A stretch of DNA of 31,292 nucleotides from a virus (Duplodnaviria > Caudoviricetes). Positions 17,570 through 25,902 of this stretch are shown piece by piece. Each line of letters opens with the position of its first letter. Positions within the stretch are counted from its first letter, which is position 1. The notes beneath the pieces are model-generated. The model searched no databases. It was not told the origin of the DNA and saw only the letters and a list, made by a program, of their open reading frames with translations. The stretch spans positions 1-31,292 of IMG/VR virus record IMGVR_UViG_3300010234_000046; one strand, 5' to 3'. A program made the translations under genes and the position numbers.

Positions 17570-17944
17570 TCAACCGCCGCCTTCAGCCATGGATGCTTTC
17601 ATCAATTCAATCTGTCCATCATCGAACAAGTCTTCCACCTGTTGAGCCTTGACGCGGCTGTAATCATAGTAACGCATCAGCACATCAACCTTATCTGAAA
17701 TGACAGATTTGTCCCATTTACTAAACCGTTTACGCTTTCGGATAACCTCACGGAGGAAATCGTATTGCATCCGATTATCCATGTTATGGTATCTGTTCAT
17801 TTCATTAGCAAAATGGATTGTGTCCTGAAAATATGACAGGCTTCGGTTCACCACAAATGCGTTATATGCGGCTTCATCCTCATCATCAAGCATAATGTTC
17901 TGCTTGGTTTCGTTGATCGATTTCACATAGTCAAATGGGTTCAT
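17570..17944 (-). CDS. 62: clamp loader small subunit (T4 gp62)
   Basis: MNPFDYVKSIN, YNAFVVNRSLS, ANEMN, QYDFL, RKRKRFSKW. Confidence 0.93.
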   Translation of the reverse strand: MNPFDYVKSINETKQNIMLDDEDEAAYNAFVVNRSLSYFQDTIHFANEMNRYHNMDNRMQYDFLREVIRKRKRFSKWDKSVISDKVDVLMRYYDYSRVKAQQVEDLFDDGQIELMKASMAEGGG

Positions 17945-18470
17945 TTGATTTCCTCCTCAGCTTGTTCTTGTGAGAGTAACATGCTGGTGGCTCAGAGTCA
18001 AGAGTTAAAAACTTCCAGAGATTTTCTGGGTCGTCACCCCCAACTACGTTCACCTCAATTAAATCATTACGACCGTAAAAATACTGGCCAACTAAAGCAT
18101 GGTGGCGGTCATATGCCAGAGATGCTTCAAATTCAGTTGGAAAGGCTGATCCGTATATCATCTCCCGAATTTGGATTTGCGCTTTGGACTGTGGCCAATC
18201 ACGCTTCCGCTCGAAATATGGGACAATAGATTCCAGCCATTCATATTTATCCCGCACAGTCAATATGAATTTTGAGTCGGGAAACTTCTTATCCAAATCC
18301 ATGAAATAGAGAGCTACTGGAATATCAGTAGCCCCGTCGTAGTTGCCATGAAACAATTCCACCCTGTTGGGGTAGTGTATCATATTGATACCCGCTTCAT
18401 CCCTCAGAGTGTCGTTGAGCGACGTTGTTCCAGTTCTAGATAGTCCAATACCAAAAATTTTACCCATCAC
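17931..18470 (-). CDS. sulfotransferase family protein (Sulfotransfer_4-like)
   Basis: IFGIGLSRTGTTSL, D-x-P, FPDSKFILTVRD..WLES. Confidence 0.82.
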   Translation of the reverse strand: MMGKIFGIGLSRTGTTSLNDTLRDEAGINMIHYPNRVELFHGNYDGATDIPVALYFMDLDKKFPDSKFILTVRDKYEWLESIVPYFERKRDWPQSKAQIQIREMIYGSAFPTEFEASLAYDRHHALVGQYFYGRNDLIEVNVVGGDDPENLWKFLTLDSEPPACYSHKNKLRRKSNEPI

Positions 18471-18994
18471 TCAGCGGCCACTTTTTCGATGGCATTACGG
18501 GGGTCAATGAATTCGACTTGAATCTCAGTTCTCTGAGTCTTTTCACCACTCGGAGATTTAGTTTTTTTCTTGGCGGTAATTTTAACGCGCATACCGTTCT
18601 GCTTGTTTCGGTTGGCTTGATCGACCCTCTTTTTATTTTCCTTCGTGTATGGAATCTCATACGCACGTGGAAGCATATCCAAATCGGATTTAAAAATCCT
18701 TTCGAAAACCGTTTCGGATGTTTTTGAATCGGTGAGCCACACAAAGATGCGGCCCTCCTCCATACCATTCGGTTCAACGCTGTATCCGGAAATAAATTCG
18801 GCATCCTCAAAATTCGATGAGTGTGTAGGATATCCCCTATACTCAGACAACGAAAAGAACGAGAGGTTTGCACATAGTAGTAACAAAATCCCTAAAATAA
18901 TTGACCACTTGCTGCTAATCACGAAGGCGAAATAGAAAGTGAACAGAGCGACTACCACGAAGAAGGTTATTAGAAAAATGTCGATGTAGATCAT
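18467..18994 (-). CDS. membrane protein (two N-terminal TM helices, periplasmic domain)
   Basis: Two hydrophobic segments, then GYP, IFVWL, PRAYEIPY. Confidence 0.75.
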   Translation of the reverse strand: MIYIDIFLITFFVVVALFTFYFAFVISSKWSIILGILLLLCANLSFFSLSEYRGYPTHSSNFEDAEFISGYSVEPNGMEEGRIFVWLTDSKTSETVFERIFKSDLDMLPRAYEIPYTKENKKRVDQANRNKQNGMRVKITAKKKTKSPSGEKTQRTEIQVEFIDPRNAIEKVAAE

Positions 18995-18995
18995 A

Positions 18996-19649
18996 TCAGA
19001 ATCCTGACGCTGGGGTTGGTAGACGCTTCATTCCGATCAGCGTTTCGAACGAATCGTCTTTCAGATGATACATTGATCCCTCGTCAGAAAGTTCAAAGCG
19101 AAGAGCCGTTTTCTCTTGCCAAATTTTGGTCATTCTGATTTTCTTGCGAATGATCATGTTATATTTCGGGTTCAGTTTTACCAGTTTTATGACCACTGGA
19201 ACATCAATAGGCAATCCAAGTTTGTTACCTGAAGGAAGCCCTTTACACGCATACACATGTAAGTTGGCCAGATATTCACCGTCAAATTTTGAGCGCAAAG
19301 TCCAGATTTCAGAATTCCCTTTATGCAGAATCGGCTTTCCGTTATGATAAATGGTATCAGTTTGATTGCCCATATCGTCACGCTCAAGGTGCATATATTT
19401 GTTATTTTTCTGCCTGAACGACACCTTACTGCCGTCAGGACCGCGTACCCATAGGTCAACGTCACAATCAATTTCATCAGGCCAGTTTACCTCAAACATG
19501 TACTGAGCCACTTTTTCGATATCCGCCTTTTTCGCGATAGGGTTAACAAGTAAAAATAACAACCCAGTAATCACGATAAATGCTAAAAGCTTGGCGAAGA
19601 GGAGATCAGAAAAGACCCCCTCCGGAAGTGCGTCTTTATGATTTTGCAT
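18996..19649 (-). CDS. ExbD/MotB-like single-TM protein with YfaP/DUF2135-like periplasmic domain (start corrected to MQNH)
   Basis: FSDLLF Asp at the start of the TM helix; W...DVDLWVRGPDG...LERDD.G...N.E...GEYLANLHVY. Confidence 0.7.
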   Translation of the reverse strand: MQNHKDALPEGVFSDLLFAKLLAFIVITGLLFLLVNPIAKKADIEKVAQYMFEVNWPDEIDCDVDLWVRGPDGSKVSFRQKNNKYMHLERDDMGNQTDTIYHNGKPILHKGNSEIWTLRSKFDGEYLANLHVYACKGLPSGNKLGLPIDVPVVIKLVKLNPKYNMIIRKKIRMTKIWQEKTALRFELSDEGSMYHLKDDSFETLIGMKRLPTPASGF

Positions 19650-20112
19650 TTTTGAAAATCCGATCCAACAGTACAAGCTGTGTGGCGAGTGCCATGCTCG
19701 CGATGAGGCCTACAATGGTGGTCACGAGGGCCGTTCCTAAGGCTGAAAACATCAACTTGATCATGCCCATAATTGCCGATTGGTTGTTCACATCAATTGT
19801 GAGCTGACTCAAGCCATCTACAGCAACCATCAGTCCAATCACCGTTCCCAACAGGCCCAACTGTGTCAGACGACTTGAGATGTAGTAATGAGTATCAAAA
19901 CGTCGAGTGTTCGATTTCGACCAGTCGAATTCGGTGAACGGTAGGCTAACCAAACAGCCCACATAGAGCGCCATTATCATAACTGAAATGTATGTGAAGT
20001 CGTGCGAAACCACCCACCCAAATACTCCAGAATATACGAGCCAAACAGCAACACAAAGATTACTCGCTATCATGGTGGCCCAAAAGGCCATAATTTTCTT
20101 AGTCGTGTTCAT
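19636..20112 (-). CDS. MotA/TolQ/ExbB proton channel family protein
   Basis: LGLLGTVIGL and GTALVTTIVGL signature helices; four TM segments. Confidence 0.88.
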   Translation of the reverse strand: MNTTKKIMAFWATMIASNLCVAVWLVYSGVFGWVVSHDFTYISVMIMALYVGCLVSLPFTEFDWSKSNTRRFDTHYYISSRLTQLGLLGTVIGLMVAVDGLSQLTIDVNNQSAIMGMIKLMFSALGTALVTTIVGLIASMALATQLVLLDRIFKNAKS

Positions 20113-20816
20113 TCTGTTGACTCCGTTTCTTGATTGAGTTCGCTATACAGCACGGCCATTTGTGCTGCTGTATATGTCATTGATGTTAAATAATCTGTCG
20201 GGATGCTATGCTCCAAAATCTGCCTCAAACTGGAATCCAAATCGATAAGCAGCGGGAGCAGTTCAACATTTTTCTTAATGATCAGGAAAACTTCCTCTGA
20301 CGTGTTCGCCATTACATACCCTGAAAAAGTTGGACTGAAACCCATCTGCATCAGATAATGCAGAGCGATTTGACCGGTTATATGACCGCCGACGAAAATA
20401 TCTTTGCGACCCAAAAGCTGACTTGGTGGAATGCCCTCCTGATCGTAATAAGGGCGGTGGAACGCGACAATACCTTCAATTTTAACCTCTTCGGAAGCAA
20501 TTGCGGCGAACGCACAGGCACTGATGCAGACGGCTCTGGATGGGATGTGGACTGCGACACCCATCTCGCGAATGAGTTCACCGGTCGCGATTCCTTCGCT
20601 GAAGATTCCTCCTGGGGAGTTCATAATCATCGTCCGTTCAGGATTTTCATTCAAAAATGCTTTAAGTCGGTCGGTTGTTCCTCCCGAAAACTGTCCATCA
20701 AACAAAATAGTCCTCACACCGTTCCACTCGACGAATTTCAATTCTTCCGAATGACTAACTGAGACAGAAATTAGCAATGCTATTGATGATATTAGAAGTT
20801 TTACAAATTGGTTCAT
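20109..20816 (-). CDS. secreted ClpP/crotonase-fold protein
   Basis: Signal peptide, MNSPGG, CISACAF, VAFH motifs. Confidence 0.7.
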   Translation of the reverse strand: MNQFVKLLISSIALLISVSVSHSEELKFVEWNGVRTILFDGQFSGGTTDRLKAFLNENPERTMIMNSPGGIFSEGIATGELIREMGVAVHIPSRAVCISACAFAAIASEEVKIEGIVAFHRPYYDQEGIPPSQLLGRKDIFVGGHITGQIALHYLMQMGFSPTFSGYVMANTSEEVFLIIKKNVELLPLLIDLDSSLRQILEHSIPTDYLTSMTYTAAQMAVLYSELNQETESTE

Positions 20817-20864
20817 ACGATTTCCTTTTGGTTCACGCTTTTACTTATACTCGTGGAACCCTTA

Positions 20865-20893
20865 TATGTTACACCTTTTTGAAGCGTTTGTAA
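20865..20893 (-). promoter_or_regulatory. putative sigma70 promoter for the leftward arm
   Basis: TTTACA-N17-TAACAT; a TATAAGTA late-like box also lies at 20842-20849. Confidence 0.5.
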
Positions 20894-20926
20894 ACCCCAT
20901 AAACATATGTTATCCACATTTCAGGG

Positions 20927-20934
20927 TATAAATA
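20927..20934 (+). promoter_or_regulatory. T4-type late promoter
   Basis: Exact TATAAATA 20 nt upstream of the gp3 ATG, with AAGGAG SD in between. Confidence 0.85.
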
Positions 20935-20954
20935 GTGGTGAAGGAGATTTCGAA

Positions 20955-21455
20955 ATGACATCAATTAACAACCTAACCAGCAACATCAACCTGTTACAGC
21001 CAACCGGTTTCAAGCTAGTAGCCGACCGCCGACGTTTATCCAACATCGCATTTTTCTGCCAGAACGTTAGCCATCCGTCGATCATGAGTAACGAAATCCA
21101 GCAGGGTTACAGAGGCTATATGAACGTTCCACACGTTGGCGAATCTGTGGATTATGGGACACTCACTGTGAATATGTTGGTGGATGAGAATATGGCCGCA
21201 TATATCGAGGTCGTGGATTGGATCAAGCTATATCTCGAAAATGAGAATGCGGACGATCCGACCGATGTGGAATCTCATTATTCCGATCTACATCTATCAA
21301 TCCTGAATTCAAAAAACAATACTACGAAAGAAATCCAATACATCGACGCATTTCCAACGGACGTTGGTGAGTTAATGATGGAGGCATCGCAGGATGGCGC
21401 ACAACCCATTACCGTGCCCATTACTTTTAAATTCACAAGCTTTACAATCCGCTAG
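20955..21455 (+). CDS. 3: tail completion / sheath stabiliser (T4 gp3-like; start corrected)
   Basis: NLLQPTGFKL, FFCQ, LVDENM..Y.E..DW, SDLHLSILNS, DAFP; gp3-uvsY-uvsW synteny. Confidence 0.85.
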   Translation: MTSINNLTSNINLLQPTGFKLVADRRRLSNIAFFCQNVSHPSIMSNEIQQGYRGYMNVPHVGESVDYGTLTVNMLVDENMAAYIEVVDWIKLYLENENADDPTDVESHYSDLHLSILNSKNNTTKEIQYIDAFPTDVGELMMEASQDGAQPITVPITFKFTSFTIR

Positions 21456-21469
21456 AAATGTGTTATAAT
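21441..21469 (+). promoter_or_regulatory. sigma70-type promoter for uvsY-uvsW
   Basis: TTTACA-N17-TATAAT with TGn extension. Confidence 0.8.
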
Positions 21470-21496
21470 ATACTGTAATGAAAGAGGATTTTTATA

Positions 21497-21976
21497 ATGA
21501 ACGTAATTGACCTATCTACCATGGAACCCCAGCAATGGGTCCAACATATAATTAAAATGTGGGGCGATGATTCAACAATTGATGATTCAGAGTTGGATGC
21601 AGACGGAATCAAGTGTGCTAAACTGCACGCTAAATATTTGGGGATACACTCACATGCCAAACGAATGGTTCATAAGTCCAAAATGCAGCAAAAGAGGCTG
21701 TTGCTGGAAAAATGGGAATGGTATAATGGGAAGATGCATAAGAGTCGTATCGATGAGTTGGGTTGGGAATACGATCCTTTGGGTGGTAAAAAGGTACTCA
21801 AGGGTGATATGAATCGTTACTATGACGCCGACCTCGACATTCAGGAATCCGAAAACGTACTGGAGGTGTGGAAACTCATCGAGTCAACCACGCGTGAAAT
21901 TATCGACACCATTCGATGGCGTCACCAAACCATCAAGAACATGATTGAGTTCAAAAAATTTAAGGCAGGAATATGA
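21497..21976 (+). CDS. uvsY: recombination mediator UvsY
   Basis: W..DSTID, LHAKYL, KWEWYNGK, IKNMIEFKKF.AG. Confidence 0.9.
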   Translation: MNVIDLSTMEPQQWVQHIIKMWGDDSTIDDSELDADGIKCAKLHAKYLGIHSHAKRMVHKSKMQQKRLLLEKWEWYNGKMHKSRIDELGWEYDPLGGKKVLKGDMNRYYDADLDIQESENVLEVWKLIESTTREIIDTIRWRHQTIKNMIEFKKFKAGI

Positions 21977-22206
21977 AACTGGAAGATTTGGAGAGTCATA
22001 TTGAGGAATATGCCAAACGTCGTCGGGATAAGATCGGCATATATTCCGAAAATGCTAGAGAGTTGTATGCGTGGAAACTGGAGTACAATGATTACTGGAA
22101 AGGTGTGTCGAAAAAAGAAAGGCCATCTGATCTGGTTGAGAACAATGGTGCATTCTATAGAAAGCATTGGGCAACCATGGGTGGCTTTGGAGCGTTAGTT
22201 CGATGA
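21973..22206 (+). CDS. hypothetical protein
   Basis: 77 aa with ATGA overlaps to both uvsY and uvsW. Confidence 0.7.
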   Translation: MKLEDLESHIEEYAKRRRDKIGIYSENARELYAWKLEYNDYWKGVSKKERPSDLVENNGAFYRKHWATMGGFGALVR

Positions 22207-23726
22207 TGTCGACGGTTGAGGTCACACAGATAGACAACTGCGATATGCTCATTCACTGTGCACCGAATATCGCAACTGAACTACATCAGCATTTCAGTTA
22301 TCGGGTTGAGGGTTATAGATATATCCCTGCATATCAGAGCGGTGCATGGGATGGTTTTATTCGGATATTCAAGATTGGAGAGCGCAAGCTTCCCGTGGGT
22401 CTGTATCAGCGATTGGTCGAGTTCTGTGATCAACATGGGTATGAGGTAGTAGTAAAACGTCACGAGAACGTGCCTGCACCAATTGACCGAATCGATATGA
22501 CGCGAGATCAGTTGATGGAGTTCGTGAAAACCTTGAACCTACACGCGGGCGGAGAGCCTATCATTCCATACGATTATCAGATTGATGGTGTGCTTGAGGG
22601 TATTCGCTCACGTCGAAAGGTTCTAATTTCACCGACAGGATCAGGTAAATCTTTAGTATTTTACATTCTGGTCAGATGGTGCATGGAGTATCTGGCGGCG
22701 GGTAAGCTGTTGGTGATCGTCCCGACGACCAGTTTGGTCAAGCAGTTGTATTCGGATTTCAATGACTATTCATCTGATGACCCATACTTTGACGTTAATG
22801 AGGATGTGCATCAGATCATGGGTGGCACTGATAAAAACGCTGAGCAACGGATATACATTTCAACGTGGCAATCAATCTACAAACAGCCACAGGCGTACTT
22901 CCGTCAGTTTCACGCGATATTCGGTGATGAGTGCCATGGGTTTGCGGCAAAGTCATTGTCTAGCATCATGAACAAATCCAGAAACGCTGAATTGCGATTT
23001 GGTGCAACTGGAACTTTGAACGGAAGCAAATGTCACCAAATGGTTTTGGAAGGGCTTTTCGGTACTACTTTTAATGTGACTACCACCAAGAAGTTGCAGG
23101 ACGCCAAGACTTTGGCTCAATTGGAAATCAAAATGTGTGAGTTCAGACATCCGGATCATACGCGTGCGGGCATAAGTAATTTGACATATCAGCAGGAGGT
23201 CAGTAACATTATTCAGTGTGATGCTCGGAATAATGCCATTGCCAATCTTGCATCTAATTGTGACGGCAACACACTTGTTTTGTTCCAATTTGTTGAAAAG
23301 CAGGGCAAGCCTTTACGTGATCTGATTAGAAATTTGGTGGGTGATACTCGAAAGGTCTATTATGTTGCTGGATCGGTCAAGGCTGGTGACCGTGAAAAGA
23401 TTAGAAAAATTGTTGAAGGCCAACGCAATGCAATTATAGTAGCGTCGATGGGAACTTTCTCGACAGGGATTAATATCAAAGAATTACACAATCTGATATT
23501 TGCATCGCCATCCAAATCACAGATTAGGGTACTCCAGTCAATTGGACGTATTCTAAGACTATCAAAAGATCGATCTGTAATGACTCTATACGATCTTTCT
23601 GATGACTATAAATATAAGGGACGAGAGAACTACGCAATTAAACACGCACGGGATCGTTTGAAAATCTACAAAGAGCAACAATTCAATACGACTCACCATT
23701 CAATACCTTTAGAATATGGAGAATGA
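22203..23726 (+). CDS. uvsW: SF2 helicase UvsW (start corrected to MMSTVEV)
   Basis: WDGFIRIF, SPTGSGKS, GDECH, TGT, STGINIK, QSIGRILR. Confidence 0.96.
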   Translation: MMSTVEVTQIDNCDMLIHCAPNIATELHQHFSYRVEGYRYIPAYQSGAWDGFIRIFKIGERKLPVGLYQRLVEFCDQHGYEVVVKRHENVPAPIDRIDMTRDQLMEFVKTLNLHAGGEPIIPYDYQIDGVLEGIRSRRKVLISPTGSGKSLVFYILVRWCMEYLAAGKLLVIVPTTSLVKQLYSDFNDYSSDDPYFDVNEDVHQIMGGTDKNAEQRIYISTWQSIYKQPQAYFRQFHAIFGDECHGFAAKSLSSIMNKSRNAELRFGATGTLNGSKCHQMVLEGLFGTTFNVTTTKKLQDAKTLAQLEIKMCEFRHPDHTRAGISNLTYQQEVSNIIQCDARNNAIANLASNCDGNTLVLFQFVEKQGKPLRDLIRNLVGDTRKVYYVAGSVKAGDREKIRKIVEGQRNAIIVASMGTFSTGINIKELHNLIFASPSKSQIRVLQSIGRILRLSKDRSVMTLYDLSDDYKYKGRENYAIKHARDRLKIYKEQQFNTTHHSIPLEYGE

Positions 23727-24123
23727 AATGATTTACATAATGCTAAAAAGTGGCGACCAGATCATCTGTGAGTCTGGCGAATATCGGGACGGCTGGATAA
23801 AAATACGTAAGCCTCTCTTGGTGCATCAGATGCAAGTGCAAGATCAGACGACAGGTGAGGTGATTGTTAAGGTCGCATTTGATCAATTTATGATTGGAAT
23901 GTTAGATGATGATCAGGTCGTGAGTCTACTCAATGACGAGATCATTGCTGAAAGTTCAGACATATCTGAAGACCTGATTAGTGGTTATCAATATTCTTTA
24001 GCCATGTTTAAACGTGAACGAGATGAATTCCAATCAATGTTGAATGAAGCATCTGATACAAAATCTAACAGCGAAAGCAAGGTGGTCCCGTTTTCGGTAA
24101 TTCCGAATAATACAGAGCATTGA
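23716..24123 (+). CDS. conserved hypothetical protein (small beta-barrel, possibly Sm-like)
   Basis: LKSGDQIIC N-terminus; usual position between uvsW and 55 in marine T4-like phages. Confidence 0.65.
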   Translation: MENEMIYIMLKSGDQIICESGEYRDGWIKIRKPLLVHQMQVQDQTTGEVIVKVAFDQFMIGMLDDDQVVSLLNDEIIAESSDISEDLISGYQYSLAMFKRERDEFQSMLNEASDTKSNSESKVVPFSVIPNNTEH

Positions 24124-24162
24124 TTCGGAATCCGGAATCTGACCTCCCGGAGATGTTACCTT

Positions 24163-24190
24163 ATTATACAGCAATTTTCGGATTTGTCAA
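24163..24190 (-). promoter_or_regulatory. consensus sigma70 promoter in antisense orientation
   Basis: TTGACA-N16-TATAAT on the minus strand in an intergenic gap between plus-strand genes. Confidence 0.7.
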
Positions 24191-24219
24191 GCGAAATCTG
24201 AAAGATTAGGAAAATTATT

Positions 24220-24819
24220 ATGACCAAAGAATCCAATTACTATATCGATAAAGCCGAATTCGCAGAAGCGGTGGTCGATTACGTCGAACGTCACAATGCC
24301 GCATTGGAGGCTGGTTTGAGCGGGGATGAGCTTCCAGTCGTGTCTGAATACATCGGGTGGTGTTTTTTAAAGATTGCTCAAGGTACTGCACGACGTGAAA
24401 ACTTCAGAAGTTACACATTCATCGAAGAGATGGAATCTGACGCAGTGGATAATTGCCTGAAGGCGATTAAGAATTACAGGCTAGACGCCAAGACGCAATC
24501 TGGCAAGCCGAACCCATTTGGATATTTCGGACGCATCACATGGTTTGCATTTTTGCGTAGGATTGCTAAAGAGAAGAAGCGTGAAACCCTTCGAAGCGTT
24601 TACATCTCAATGTCCCCCTCAGATAGTTTTTTTACTGGTGGTAGTGAGCATCAGAAAGAAACTTTGATGGGGCAGTTGAAAAATAAGATTGATCGTGTTA
24701 AAATACGCGATACGGAAATTAAGGAATTGGCCACCAAATTAAAAACGGAGAAGCGAAAGCGGAAAGCCAAGAACTCGAAAAGTGATACTGATTCCGATCT
24801 AACGGAGTTTATGGTATAG
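24220..24819 (+). CDS. 55: late sigma factor (T4 gp55)
   Basis: YIGWCFLKIA, NFRSYTF.EEM.SD, NPFGYF...FAFLRRIAKEKK, C-terminal DLTEFM clamp-binding-like motif. Confidence 0.95.
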   Translation: MTKESNYYIDKAEFAEAVVDYVERHNAALEAGLSGDELPVVSEYIGWCFLKIAQGTARRENFRSYTFIEEMESDAVDNCLKAIKNYRLDAKTQSGKPNPFGYFGRITWFAFLRRIAKEKKRETLRSVYISMSPSDSFFTGGSEHQKETLMGQLKNKIDRVKIRDTEIKELATKLKTEKRKRKAKNSKSDTDSDLTEFMV

Positions 24820-24828
24820 GAGAACTAC

Positions 24829-25902
24829 GTGAAAATTGCAGTGATAAATGATACCCACTCAGGTATCAGAAATAGTAATGATGATTTTATAGCCTACTCG
24901 AAATGCTTTTACGATGAGTTATTCGAAGAGATGGATGCACGCGGTATTCATCATATCCTTCATTTGGGTGACATATTCGATAGCCGTAAGGCTGTGAATG
25001 TTAAGGCGATGAACCACCTACGCAAGGATTTTTTAGAACCCGCTGATACGCGTGGCTACACAATGGATTTAATTCTGGGTAACCACGACGTGTTCTATAA
25101 AAATACGAACAGGTTGAACGCGGTTGAAGAGATTATCACCCCTTACAAATTTGTAAACATCGTATCGTCTCCGAAAGAGGTTGATTACGATGGGCTAAAG
25201 ATTGCATTGATACCATGGATTACTGATGACAATTTGGAAGATACGATGAAATTCGTAGGCCAGACAAATGCTGATTGGGTTGCTGGGCATTTTGAATTTA
25301 CTGGATTTGAAATGTCTCCTGGTCATTTGGCCACTCATGGGATGGACCCCAAGCCGTTCGAGCGATTTGACAAAGTTCTGTCTGGGCATTATCATACCAA
25401 AAGTAGTAAAGGAAACGTTTTCTATCTGGGTTCACAGATGGAGTTCACGTGGATCGATAGTCATGACCCGAAATACTGGCACGTCATTGATACAGAAAAG
25501 GCCACACTAGAGCCTGTCAGGAACAAATACGATACGCTACACATATCTTTCACGTATGACGCCGGAGAGGTCGTCACGCCTGAAGGTTACGTGTTTGATG
25601 AGGAAATGCTTGATAGTCGATACGTCAAGATCAACGTTTTGAACCGTGGTCCGGATGGTGAGCTTGATAAGTTTATTGAAATGGTCGAGAATCATGACAT
25701 TCTGGGTAAATTGATTATCAATGAATCCTTCAGTGAATATCGTGGCGAGTCGGTCGAAGATAATGACGTGACGGTTGCTGAGACTCCAGTGCTACTAAAA
25801 TCATATGTGGATGCAGTAGAGAGCGATCTGGATAAAGACAAACTCAATAAAATTATGTATATGGCCTATGTCGAGGCTCAAAATATGGAGAGTGGTGAGT
25901 GA
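24829..25902 (+). CDS. 47: recombination endonuclease subunit, Mre11-like (T4 gp47)
   Basis: DTHSG, HLGDIFD, GNHD, GHFE, SGHYH. Confidence 0.95.
   Translation: MKIAVINDTHSGIRNSNDDFIAYSKCFYDELFEEMDARGIHHILHLGDIFDSRKAVNVKAMNHLRKDFLEPADTRGYTMDLILGNHDVFYKNTNRLNAVEEIITPYKFVNIVSSPKEVDYDGLKIALIPWITDDNLEDTMKFVGQTNADWVAGHFEFTGFEMSPGHLATHGMDPKPFERFDKVLSGHYHTKSSKGNVFYLGSQMEFTWIDSHDPKYWHVIDTEKATLEPVRNKYDTLHISFTYDAGEVVTPEGYVFDEEMLDSRYVKINVLNRGPDGELDKFIEMVENHDILGKLIINESFSEYRGESVEDNDVTVAETPVLLKSYVDAVESDLDKDKLNKIMYMAYVEAQNMESGE

Noticed and set aside
18996-20112. Zorya ZorAB or flagellar MotAB assignment
   Set aside because: No long ZorA tail, no OmpA-like peptidoglycan-binding domain and no zorC/D/E; only family-level similarity is supportable
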